Shown here: positions 25,190-36,899 of the stretch, piece after piece | Position numbering within the stretch: the first letter of the stretch is position 1 | Layout of the letters: the number at the start of each line of letters is the position of its first letter | Origin: Octopus vulgaris | Lineage: Eukaryota | Assembly: GCA_951406725.2 (NCBI GenBank) | Contig: OX597835.1 | Location: forward strand, 23,312,001-23,376,000 | Length of the DNA: 64,000 bases | Reading direction: 5' to 3' | The notes under the pieces: generated by a model | Seen by the model: only the letters and a program-made list of their open reading frames with translations | What the model was told of the DNA's origin: nothing | Databases searched by the model: none | Program-made: the position numbers and the translations under genes

Positions 25190-25762
25190 TAAGTAGGCTG
25201 GTTACACCGCTGGCATAGGCCACGGGTTATGGTCTCATTTGGCTTGCTGGGTTTTCTCAAGCACAGCATATTTCCAAAGATCTCGGCCACTAGTCATTGC
25301 CTCGGTGAGGCCTAATGTTTGAAAGGTGTGCTTCACCACCTCATCCCAGGTCTTCGTGGGTCTACCTCTTCCACAGTTTCCCTCAACCGCTAGGGTGTGA
25401 CACTTTTTCTCGCAGCTATCCTCATCTATTTGCACCACATCTGATGCTACTTAGGTTCAACTTTTCTCTCGAGGCACTTACACTCTGTTGAGTAAGCACA
25501 CTGACATTACACATCCAGTGAATCATACTGGCTTCATTCCTTGCAAGCTTACACATGACCTCAGCAGTCACAGCCCATGTTTCACTGCCTTGTTGCATGG
25601 CTGTTCATACACATGCGTCATACAGTCTACCTTTTACTCTGAGCAAGAGGCCCTTTGTCACTAGCAGAGGAAGGAGCTCTCTGAACTTTGCCCAGGTTAT
25701 TCTTATTCTAGCAGCTACACTTTCAGAGCATCCACCCCTGCTACTAACTTGGTCACCTAGGT
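25190..25762 (-). mobile_element. RTE LINE 3' coding fragment
   Basis: YLGDQVS...WAKFRELLPLL...RGRP.KTWDEVVK matches the 37-40-kb element. Confidence 0.85.
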
Positions 25763-26808
25763 AATGCCAACCACTCTGAGAGTGTAGTGGGTGCTTTTTA
25801 CGTGCCAATGGCACAGGGGCCATAAGAAGCTGGCATTGACCACGATTGGATGGTGCTTTTATGTGCCACCAGCATGGGAGCCAGAGGGAAGCTGGCATCA
25901 ACCACATTTGGACGGTGCTTTTATGTGCCACCGGCACAGGGGGCCAGATAGGTAGAGCTGGTATCAGCCACAACTACAATTTTCAATTGATTGTGGTTTG
26001 ATTTGATTTGATCTTGGTGTTGATGATGTACTTGACTCAATAGGTCTTCTCAAGCACAGCATGTCACCCTATGATTCAAAGGTACTTTTTGAGTGGGCTG
26101 GTTATGCGACACTGGTATAGACTACAGCTGTGATCACACTTGATTTGCCGGGTCTTCTCCGTCTCACAGCATATCTCCAGAGGTCCCTGTGAGGCCCAAT
26201 GCTCAAAGGTCATACTTCACCACCTCATCCCTACAATGGGCTTCTTTCAGTTTCTGTCTACCAAATTCACTCACAAGGCTTTGGTCGGCCTAAGACTATA
26301 GTAGAAGACACTCGTCCATGTGGTTGGGAAGCAAGCTTCTTACCACACAGCCACTCCTACATATATATACACAGAAATATGGTAGTGAAAGTGTTAAAAC
26401 ATGTCATTATTGTTGTTTAGTGCTGGGTCAGCTCAGATCAAGCAGATTGTAATTCTGCTTGCATTCCACCTGTGACCATTCCATTAATTTATATATCCAT
26501 AACTACATTAATCAAAATATCATATGTTTTTTTAAAGTTAGTAGGGTGTGGTTTTCAGTGATATTTGGCAGCTATTTCTAGTAGATCAATCCACCACATT
26601 GAACACCTACACCCACACATAGACAAGCACACATAAAAAAACACATTTTCTCTCTCTCTCTCTCTTTCTCATTCAAAGATGCTAGAGAGAAGTGATTTAT
26701 TAGGAAAGCATGTCTGTTTCAAACAACAAACAGCGGAAGCTGATTAAATCAAATAAATATAATTTGAAAAGAGAAATAGGAAGAGAAGAGAAGAGGATAA
26801 CTGCTTAC

Positions 26809-27023
26809 CTTCTAATTTACTTGCTAAATCTTTTCTGTTAATTGAAGACAAAGTATTCACAAGAGAGCCAAAAGACCTTTCATTTATAACATCAGCATCC
26901 AGTAAGATAGTAAAGATTGACAAAGCATCAATATTATTTTCTTTTATGTGACTCCGGTAAAAAAACCTCAGTTTTTTAACATCCTCTGATCTCAGATCCA
27001 ATGCCAAATCAAAGAGTAACGAT
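26809..27023 (-). CDS. CASP8: Caspase-8-like exon, DED2 (RSLLFDLALDLRSEDVKKLRFF...INRKDLASKLE)
   Basis: tttcag acceptor and gtaagc donor. RxDL motif. The phase-2 join gives NPFR|SLLF. Confidence 0.92.
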
Positions 27024-27066
27024 CTGAAATTTATGAAACAATAAGCCTGTTATTTTCTTTGCTAAT

Positions 27067-28673
27067 ATTAAGTTGTTTCACATGAAATGTCACATTTTTA
27101 ATAATTTGTTATTTCAGTCATTTAAAAACTCAGTTTTGTATTTAATCCTGACTCTTTTTCTTTCCCAACAATATTGGTATACAAAATTCATACCCACAGT
27201 AGGCGCGGGCATGGCTGTGTGGTTAGGGAGCTTGCTTCCTAGCTACATGGTTTCGGGTTCAGTCCCACTGCGTGGCACTTTGGGTAGGTGTCTTCCACTA
27301 TAGCCTCGAGCCGACCGGAGCTTTGTGATTGAATTCGGTAGGTGGAAGTTACTGCCGTGTGTGTATGTGTGCATATAGCTGCTCAGTGCCTCTCCAAAAG
27401 AGAGAGAGAGGAGGCCTTATGAAAATGATAACAACCAAACTATTTAGAGTGATTTTCCCGTATGAATACAAAGTGGGCCACTCTGCCGCAGAAGCTCTAC
27501 GAAATATCAAGCAGGCCTTTGTTAATGGTTTTATTGACATCAGAACTGTTCAGAGATGGTTCCAAGGGTAGGCCAAAATCACTTATTTGGCATGATGGAT
27601 TAAATACTTTGGTTGAACAAAATCTGAGAACAAAGTTTCAAAAACTTTCATCAGAACTCCAAACATCTTGCACAACTGTTTTTGGACACCTGTAAAAAAT
27701 TGGAAAAGTCAAGAAAATGGATAGGTTTGTTCCACATCAACTGAACGAGATTCCAAAAAAACAGATGCCTTGAATCGTGCTCCTTATTGCTTTCTTGGCT
27801 AGAAAAAGACCATTTTTGCATCAAAACATTACTTGTGATGAGAAATGGATACTCTTTGATAACAGTGGGAGAACAGGAGAGTGATTAGATGCAGGAGAGT
27901 CACCTAAACACAACCCAAACCCACCATTGCACCCTAAAAAGTTAGTGGTCTTGAAGGAGGTTATTCATTATTCATTTTTGCAACAAGGAAAAATGGTAAC
28001 AGCAACATTGTATTGCCAGGAAATTGATAGTATGCATGAGAATTTGAAAAAGAAGCAACCCAGACTAGTGAATAGAGTTGGCCCAATTTTGCTCCACAAC
28101 AATACATGTCCCCACATGGTCAAAAAGTAGCAAAGCCTGAAATACGAAATTTTGCAACATCTTCCCTATTCCCTTGATATTTCTCCTACTGATCATCACT
28201 TATATAAGCAATTTGAACTTTTTATAAACAATAAAATATTCTTAAATAGAGAATTGAAGCATTTGGACAGTTTATCACAGCAAAAGATGAATTTCTTTTT
28301 AACCCTTTAGTATTCAGATTAATCTGTCAAATGTAAAGCCTGTTTAATTACATTGTTTTAAATTAATTGTACAGCATCTTGTAACTCCGAGATTTTGACG
28401 ATGTCCCTGTTTATTTTTAGAATGACTTTGTAGGGTAGGTGTGAGAGGTCAGAGCTGGCAGGTTTGAGCATAAAACAGAAAGACAATTTTGGCCTGGTAT
28501 GGCCGGTTTAAACACTAAAGGGTTAAGATGGAATATATGACATAGAGAAACGTTGGCTGAATGTCATAAATGAACATGGATCATACTTTGATCAAAGAAA
28601 TCAGTTCTCTAACACTTCTGAAACATTTTATTGTTACCTTTCAAATACGACATTTCATGTGAAACAACCTAAT
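27067..28673 (+). mobile_element. Degenerate mariner transposon with nested SINE and MITE
   Basis: TIRs attaagttgtttcacatgaaatgtc / gacatttcatgtgaaacaacctaat. Transposase remnants (TVQRWF, ITCDEKW, PYSLDISPTD). Confidence 0.85.
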
Positions 28674-29585
28674 ATCTTGATGCAGTATGGCAAAACCCAA
28701 AGGAAACAGTGATCCAAATAGAGAGATGCAGAAAAGCTAGCCCAAAGTAGAGAACGGTGAAGAAAAGTCAATCATTAATAGCTGATGTTCCATAGTGGGC
28801 AATGAGCTTAAGCTAAACTAAGAGAAGACAGGCAATTCAAAACATGTTTGATCCTCAAAATCCATAGGTGATGCTTGAACCTGGCTCCATATCACATGTC
28901 ACTTGATAGTTTCAGAATGAAGAGTGAGTAAGGGCTTATGCCTAAAACAGGCAAAACTGGGTTATATGGAATTTATCTTTAACCCCTTAGCATTCGGATT
29001 ACACTTTCAAATGTAATGCTTTTTTATTCACATTTTGTTTTTGCATCTGGTTTGCAAGAGATTTCGATGATGCAATTGTTTGCTTTCAGAATGACACTGC
29101 AGGGTAGGTGTGAGAGGTCAGATCTGGCTAGTTTAAACATAAAACAGGTAGAATATTTGGGCCAGATATTGCTGTTTCAAATGCTAATGGGTCAAAGATA
29201 CATATGTTAAAGATATTTAACCCTTTCATTACTGTATATATTTTGAGATGCTCTGTATTTCTTTCAATTACTTTAAATATAACAAAGAATTTAGTAAAAT
29301 AACTTAGTTATCATTAAGCTAGTGTTAGGAACGTAAATTGTTATTAAGGTTTGGTGGAAGATTTTAATTCAAAACTTTTGAAAACAAGACATTTGTACTA
29401 CAGAGCCAGAGCAGGTTTCAGCTGGGTGGGTAACAAAAGGGTTAAAAATATTGCTGGTGGTGAGGCAGTTTATGAGTCACCTAATTAACAGATGAGCCAC
29501 AATATTCTGAGTGTCAATCTAAACATTCTTTTCTTCAATTCATTTATTTCAGTTTTTTTTTTTTTAATTTTAACAGAAAATAAAG

Positions 29586-29782
29586 ACAATTGCAGCGTGG
29601 AAGGTGCTTATAAGCCAATTAAGAAACACACAAATATTTTGACAAATTAAATTTAAATGTCGAAGTGAATCTAACGGTCTTGTGTGTTTCTTAAATGGCT
29701 TATAAGCACCTTCCACACTGCAATTGTTTTCGTTCCAGCACATGATCTCAGATCAAGTCACTCGCTATGCAAGTACATCTCC
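29586..29782. repeat. Collapsed hairpin element, same family as 35346-35662
   Basis: 48-bp inverted arms 29586-29633 and 29680-29727, with the same tail ...tatgc.agtacatctcc. Confidence 0.8.
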
Positions 29783-29829
29783 ATAAAAAGAAAATAAAGA
29801 GAAAAGAAAAAAACTGAAAAGCAACTTAC

Positions 29830-30134
29830 CTAAAAGGATTTAATTCATTTGGTTCAAAATCATCAATGTTAGACGAACCAGAATTCAATTTTTTCAATAA
29901 ATCAATCCTATGCATTTTCTTGAGACATTTTGATAAAAATTTGTTGTCATTTGAAGTGATAATATGGTAGTTTGAAAGTGCATCGATTATATTTAAGCCA
30001 TTATGCTTTTCTATTTCTCCTGCTGGTAAGGTATCATGGCACAGGAACTTCAAATAACTTACATCCTTCTCTCGAAGGTTTTCAGCTATTTTGACTAAAG
30101 CAGAACTTAGATTGTGGTCAACATCCATCATCAT
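29830..30134 (-). CDS. CASP8: Caspase-8-like first coding exon, DED1 (MMMDVDHNLSSALVKIAENL...LKFLC...MHRIDLLKKL...NPF)
   Basis: ttaccag acceptor at 30140-41, ATG at 30134, gtaagt donor. FL and RxDL DED motifs. A tandem DED plus caspase domain is the caspase-8/10 architecture. Confidence 0.92.
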
Positions 30135-30179
30135 GGTATCTGGTAAAGAGAAATAAAAATAAGAATATATATCTATATA

Positions 30180-31436
30180 TATAAGATGCACCAAGTGTAA
30201 GCTATGGACACATAAGAGATGCAGCAATGTCAAAGGAAGGCTAACTAGGAAGATGGTTTTTGTATGCGGCAGATGCTCAGGAACAATAAACACTGAAAAT
30301 GCTCTGAGACCAACTTCCGTCACTTTCCAGGGAGAAAAACTAGAAATAGTTGATAGTTTCCGTTACCTAGGTGACCAAGTCAGCAGCGGGGGTGGGTGTG
30401 CTGAAAGTGTAACTGCTAGAGTAAGAATAGCTTGGGCAAAGTTCAGAGAGCTCTTACCTCTGCTGGTGACAAAAGGCCTCTCGCACAGAGTGAAAGGCAG
30501 ACTGTATGATGCATGTGTACGAACAGCCATGCTACATGGCAGTGAAACATGGGCCGTGACTGCTGAGGATATGCGTAAGCTCGCAAGAAATGAAGCCAGT
30601 ATGCTCCGATGGATGTGTAATGTCAGTACTCATACTCGGCAGAGTGTAAGTACCTTGAGAGAAAAGCTGAACCTAAGAAGCATCAGTTGTGGTGTGCAAG
30701 AGAGACGTTTGCGCTGGTATGGTCATGTGGCGAGAATGAATGAAGATAGTTGTGTGAAAAAGTGCCACACCCTAGTGGTTGAGGGAACCTGTGGAAGAGG
30801 CAGACCCAGGAAAATCTGGGACGAGGTGGTGAAGCACGACCTTCGAACTTTAGGTCTCACTGAGGAAATGACTAGAGACCGAGACCTCTGGAAGTGTGCT
30901 GTACGCGAGAAGACCTGGCAGGACAAGTGAGTCCATAACCTGTGGCCTTCTACATGGGATGGAGCCCGCCTACGTATGCATACCTTCCCTTCTTGGGACA
31001 CAAAACTCTACTTGTGAAGACCTGTTGAGGCAAGTGAGGATCAGAATCGAAATCGATCAATGGAAATTGCAGATGTGTTACCAGTGCCGGTGGCATGTAA
31101 GAGATCCTTCCGTTTCGCGACCATTGCCAGCACCGCCCCGTTTCGTGTCCGTTGCCAGCCTCGCCTGGCCCTCATGCCGGTGGCACATAAAAAGCACCAT
31201 CCGTTCGTGGCCGTTCGCCAGCTCTGTCTGGCACCTGTGCGGGTGGCACGTAAAAAGCACCCACTACACTCACGGAATGGTTGGCGTTAGGAAGGGCATC
31301 CAGCCGTAGAAACACTGCCAGATTTGACTGGGCCTGATGAAGCCTTCTGGCTTCACAGACCCCAGTAGAACCGTCCAACCCATGCTAACATGGAAAACGG
31401 ACGCTAAACGATGATGATGATGATGATGATGATGAT
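30180..31436 (+). mobile_element. 5'-truncated RTE LINE with (GAT)n tail
   Basis: ORF 30253-30930 matches the C-terminus of the 39091-40305 ORF. 3' UTR ...aaagcacccactacact...gacgctaaacgatgatg. Confidence 0.9.
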
Positions 31437-31738
31437 ATATACATACTTAAAACAGCTAATAATGAAGATCATTTCACAAGCGCGTGGTTACATTATGCAG
31501 GGCCTTGGCAAGTGTCTTCCACTATACCCCAGGCTAACCAAAGCCTTGTGAGTGGGTTTGGTAAACAGAAACTAAAATAAGCTCCTCATATATACGTGTG
31601 TGTGTGTGTGTGTGCATGTGTGTGTGTATGTGAGAGAGAGAGAGAGTGCATGTGTACAGGAAAGTGTGTGTGTGGTTATGTCGTCACCTTGTAAGAATGT
31701 GAGTGAGTGAGTGTATGTGTGTGTGTGTGTGTGTGTAT

Positions 31739-31945
31739 TAGGGAATGCTGAAAAGTTCCTGGCTTTAAGGGTATCATGAAAGGCTTGGTTGGAGGCCCAA
31801 CCTTCAAAGTACTTTTACAGGGCTTAGAAAAACTGAAGGACCGTGGCAATAAGTGTGTGAATCTGAGAGGGAAATGTGTTGAATAAAATCATAATTAACT
31901 GATCCTTATCTTTTACTCAAAGCCAAGAACTTTTCAGCATCTGCT
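31739..31945. mobile_element. Mariner-like MITE
   Basis: TIR gctgaaaagttc..ggcttt / aaagcc..gaacttttcagc. Second copy at about 52131-52345. Confidence 0.65.
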
Positions 31946-32075
31946 CATGTGTGTGTGTGTGTGTGTGTTTGTATGCATGTCCACACACACAAGGCTTTGG
32001 TTAACTTGGGTGCTGCACAATGGAGCTGAACCCAAGACCACATGCTTCTTAATCATACATTAGCATCTACCTATC

Positions 32076-33156
32076 TATTGGGTTGGTAAAAAAGTTTGTA
32101 GCATTTTTCAGTTGATGATTAACCATGTGATCTATTTTATCATGTGACAGGAGCATATGACATGTATATATTTTCTGGAAGAAGAGATCACAATACATGT
32201 TTCTCTTTGAATTTTGTATGGATTATTTAGGAGTGGCTGTGTGGTAAGTAGCTTGCTTATGAACCACATGGTTCCGGGTTCAGTCCCACTGCATGGCACC
32301 TTGGGCAAGTGTCTTCTGCTATAGCCTCAGGCTGACCAAAGCCTTGTGAGTGGATTTGGTAGACAGAAACTGAAAGAAGCCCGTCATATATATGTATATA
32401 TATATGTGTGTGTGTGTGTTTGTGTGTCTGTGTTTGCCCCCCCAACATCGCTTGAGAACCGATGCTGGTGTGTTTACGTCCCTGTAACTTAGCGGTTTGG
32501 CAAAACAGACCGATAGAATAAGTACTAGGCTTATAAAGAATAAGTCCTGGGGTCGATTTGCTCGACTAAAGGCGGTGCTCCAGCATGGCCACAGTCAAAT
32601 GACTGAAACAAGTAAAAGAGTAAAGAGTTCTACTATTCTTACAATAAAATTGAAAATGAAGGAAAATTAAATCCATTTTCATCATTTGATGCTCTTTTAT
32701 TTCCAGAAAGGCAAAAACACTGCACAAACAACAAAGAAAATATGTGCTGTTTATGGAGATGGTGTCATAGCTGAAAGTACTGTTCATAAGTGGTTCGCTA
32801 GGATTAGAACCGAAAATTTTGACCTGGAAGATCATGAACATTCTGGCAGGCCTAGAGTCATTGATAATGAACAACTCAAGAATTTAATAAAAAAAATAAG
32901 TCATGTTACACAATGTGAGACATTGCGGAGATTCTCCACGTATCTCATTCTTTATTCTTTTCTTTTCTTTTCTTTTACTTGTTTCAGTCATTTGACTGCG
33001 GCCATGCTGGGGCACCGCCTTTAGTCGAGCAAATCGACCCCGGGACTTATTCTTTGCAAGCGCAGTACTTATTCTATCGGTCTCTTTTGCCGAACTGCTA
33101 AGTGATGGGGACGTAAACACACCAGCATCGGTTGTCAAGCCATGCTAGGGGGACAA

Positions 33157-33231
<75 letters not shown>

Positions 33232-33246
33232 TATACATACATATAC

Positions 33247-33281
<35 letters not shown>

Positions 33282-33590
33282 CGACAGGCTTCTTTCAGTT
33301 TCCGTCTACCAAATCCACTCACAAGGCATTGGTCGGCCCGGGGCTATAGCAGAAGACACTTGCCCCCAAGATGCCACGCAGTGGGACTGAACCCGGAACC
33401 ATGTGGTTGGTTAGCAAGCTACTTACCACACAGCCACTCCTGTCATAAAGCATTTAAAAACACTTGGTTACATGAATCGCTATGACGTTTGAGTGCCACA
33501 TAACTTAATGGGGAAAAAAAAATTAAAAAGAGTCATTTCCCATCTGCAATTCTATGTTCAGACGAAACAAAACAATCCATTTTAATCCTC
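32076..33590 (+). mobile_element. Degenerate mariner with two nested SINEs (32229-32626 +, 32970-33443 -)
   Basis: TIR-like tattgggttggtaaaaaag. N-terminal HTH remnant KGKNTAQTTKKICAVYGDG...WFARI....FDLED...SGRP. Confidence 0.75.
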
Positions 33591-34012
33591 TGACTATTGC
33601 GGGGTGTTATGTTCCAACCCCTCCCCCGGCGATAGGTGAAAATCCGTGAAGTAGAAACTGTACAATATATGTGTTTTCTATTTCTAATTTGTATATATCT
33701 TATATTATAAATGCAAAACAACTCTATGGAGGAATCGACATGAGCTTAAATAATAAACCGTGATCGGTGAACCGCGATATGGCAAGGAATAACTGTGTAT
33801 ATCATTATATATATATATATATATATACTACAAAATTAGAGAATGGAGAAACATGCTTAAATCAATAAAACATCAACTATCCGATGATACCCAATCAATA
33901 CTTTAATACACCATTACATATGAGTAAAGGCATTCAAAATATACAGTAATAGTAAAAGTAAAAAGACAAAGAGATATAAGTAAAAAATTTCAAATATAAT
34001 ATGTAATTAAAT

Positions 34013-34130
34013 CAAAACTGACAGCTGTTTCGGCAGTGAGGGCAGTCATACCTCATTTAACCTATAAGCCATAAAGGCAGGTATAAATGAGGCATTAACA
34101 AGGATGCCCCACGGCCTCTTCAGAGAATTA
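34013..34130 (-). ncRNA. Type I hammerhead ribozyme (inverted copy of 34821-34938)
   Basis: Reverse complement of the plus-strand motif. Confidence 0.65.
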
Positions 34131-34436
34131 AATTAAATTTGTTATAATTGTGAAAAATATTATATACATGTGCTAGTTGTTGCTTGTGATAATGTATGTG
34201 TATAAGTGTATGTATATACATATAACTATGTGTGTATGTGCGATTGATCTGTAGATGCGCGTGTGAATATTGGCGTTCCTTGACTAACCAACCGTATAAT
34301 TTTCTTTTGTGATTTAAATTTCAAACCAATAGCCAATCGAATTAATCTAAATTATCATTACCTAGTGGTCAGCATTTCTAAACTCATAGTTATTTCGATC
34401 TTGAAAGGATGGACTTGGTGCAAACATAACTGTATC

Positions 34437-34485
<49 letters not shown>

Positions 34486-34820
34486 ATTAATAGTAATTTT
34501 TATTAACTTTTATAGCTTTAGAATTTTATGAACTGAACCATGGTTTTAATTATTATTTTTCATCTCCCTATGTGTTAGTTTTTTTTAAAAAACTATTAGC
34601 CAAATATGTATAATATCGGTGCTTATTAATATTAATATATACACTGATATATATTTTGTTTTATTTTGTTCTGTTTACCTTCCATTATTGTACCAATGAG
34701 TATTATATTATATAAGTGTAGCATTATGATGTATAAGTTTTTATATTTTACATTTTTATATTTTTATATTTATATGTATATGGTTATATAATATTTTTCA
34801 CAATCATAACAAATTTAATT

Positions 34821-34938
34821 TAATTCTCTGAAGAGGCCGTGGGGCATCCTTGTTAATGCCTCATTTATACCTGCCTTTATGGCTTATAGGTTAAATGAGG
34901 TATGACTGCCCTCACTGCCGAAACAGCTGTCAGTTTTG
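34821..34938 (+). ncRNA. Type I hammerhead ribozyme with a long stem II
   Basis: CUGAAGA at 34828-34834, an ~85-nt rod-like stem II, GAAA at 34920-23, palindromic ACAGCUGU and a GUC cleavage triplet. Stem I is weak. Confidence 0.7.
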
Positions 34939-35296
34939 ATTTAATTACATATTATATTTGAAATTTTTTACTTATATCTCTTTGTCTTTTTACTTTTACT
35001 ATTACTGTATATTTTGAATGCCTTTACTCATATGTAATGGTGTATTAAAGTATTGATTGGGTATCATCGGATAGTTGATGTTTTATTGATTTAAGCATGT
35101 TTCTCCATTCTCTAATTTTGTAGTATTAATTTACGGTAATATTATTACCTTTACCCATATAATACAATAGATGAACTGATTGTTTGACAATTTTTAACAT
35201 CTATGTATTAGTCTTGTTGGGTACCTATCTGGCAGTATATTGGATATATATTATCCCATGGTGGGTTGAATTCTCAACCCCTATCTCATTTTATAA

Positions 35297-35345
<49 letters not shown>

Positions 35346-35350
<5 letters not shown>

Positions 35351-35607
35351 TGCAGCGTGGAAGGTGTTTATAAGCCATTTAAGAAACACACAAAAGCTGT
35401 TCGATTCACTTCAACATTTAAGTTTAATTTGTCAAAATATTTTCGTCGCTAAAATCCGCGACCTGTTCACTGATTTTTGTCAGTGAACAGGTCGCGGATT
35501 TTAGCGACGAAAATATTTTGACAAATTAAACTTAAATGTTGAAGTGAATCGAACGGCTTTTGTGTGTTTCTTAAATGGCTTATAAACACCTTCCACGCTG
35601 CAATTGT
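35346..35607. repeat. Near-perfect palindrome, 128-bp arms, 6-nt loop
   Basis: 35346-35473 versus 35480-35607, one mismatch seen. Confidence 0.95.
35476..35525 (+). ncRNA. Candidate variant minimal hammerhead (G3-C8 core)
   Basis: UUUGUCA-GUGAACA-G-GUCGC(loop)GCGAC-GAAA-AUAU-UU-UGACAAA. Confidence 0.5.
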
Positions 35608-35662
35608 CTTCGTTTCAGCACCCGATCTCAGATCAAATTACTTGCTATGCGAGTACATCTCC

Positions 35663-35708
<46 letters not shown>

Positions 35709-36380
35709 GTCGATGCCCGCAGCAAGTTCTTAAAAATTTATCTTACTATTTTTATTTTTCCATACATAGCGCGACATACATTCATTCGTTGTTACTACGT
35801 TTATTCATACATTGATAACTTGATTTGTCTTACCCATCTCACTCACTACGAAAATTTAACTTTTTAGGCCACTTTCAAGCCTTCGCCATAACTTGATTTA
35901 TCTTTCCTATCTCTCTCTCTACGAAATTTAACCTTAGGCTACCTCAAGCCGTAATCCCATCTTTCCCCATCTTTCCGCCATCGGCGGTCTTTCCTCCTCT
36001 TCTTCTTCTTATGCTAAAACTTGAAAATCGCCATTACCATTACGATTCTGCAATTTAAATTCCCAATTCAACTTACTTTCTTCTTCAATTTCAACTCCCG
36101 GTCGATGCCCGCAGCAAGTTCTTAAAAATTTATCTTACTATTTTTATTTTTCCATACATAGCGCGACATACATTCATTCGTTGTTACTACGTTTATTCAT
36201 ACATTGATAACTTGATTCGTCTTACCCATCTCACTCACTACGAAAATTTAACCTTTTAGGCTACTTTCAAGCCTTCGCCATAACTTGATTTATCTTTCCT
36301 ATCTCTCTCTCTACGAAATTTAACCTTAGGCTACCTCAAGCCGTAATCCCATCTTTCCCCATCTTTCCGCCATTGGCGGT
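35709..36380. repeat. ~280-bp direct duplication (35709-35988 / 36101-36380)
   Basis: gtcgatgcccgcagcaag...ccat.ggcggt is present twice. Confidence 0.9.
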
Positions 36381-36393
36381 GCGCCCGCCCCCC

Positions 36394-36570
36394 ACCCCCA
36401 CCACCAATACCGATGAACACTGTTCTCACCCCCACCACCAATACCGGTGAACACTGTTCTCACCCCCACCACCAATACCGGTGAACACTGTTCTCACCGC
36501 CACCACCAATACCGGTGAACACTGTTCTCACCCCCACCACCAATACCAGTATACCCTGTTCTCACCATCT
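36394..36570. repeat. 33-bp minisatellite (cacccccaccaccaataccggtgaacactgttct)
   Basis: About 5 head-to-tail copies with no spacers. Confidence 0.9.
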
Positions 36571-36899
36571 ACACCGGATACGCCCTACTCATCTACACCG
36601 GATACGCCCTACTCCCTCCTCCTCTCCCCACTACCCCTTCTCCTCATATGCTTTCACTGTGAAAAGACAAGCTGCTAGCGCCATAGCTCATCAACTGCCC
36701 ACTGATCTTACGCTTCCTCCTGACACTGCCTCAATCCGACCATCCCCTTTTAGTACCCTCCCGCCTCGTAATATCCTACGTTTTTATTTCTTACGAACCT
36801 ACACCAACCCTTCCTGCCATCGTTCCTCCTTACCCCAACCTTCCCCACTGGTTGCTCCCCTATATTACCCGCCTCAACTGGACCCCCCTCCCCAACTCA

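Larger units (their letters stand above)
33825..35300 (+). mobile_element. Penelope-like element remnant with a 342-bp inverted terminal repeat
   Basis: Arms 33825-34166 and 34785-35126, each carrying a hammerhead. Flanked by (TA)n. No ORF is left. Confidence 0.65.

Noticed and set aside
30135-30323. N-terminal extension of ORF 29826-30323
   Set aside because: Runs through the splice acceptor into an antisense RTE. The real start is the ATG at 30134.
36394-36570. 33-bp repeats resembling a CRISPR array
   Set aside because: No unique spacers, no cas genes, eukaryotic context. It is a minisatellite.
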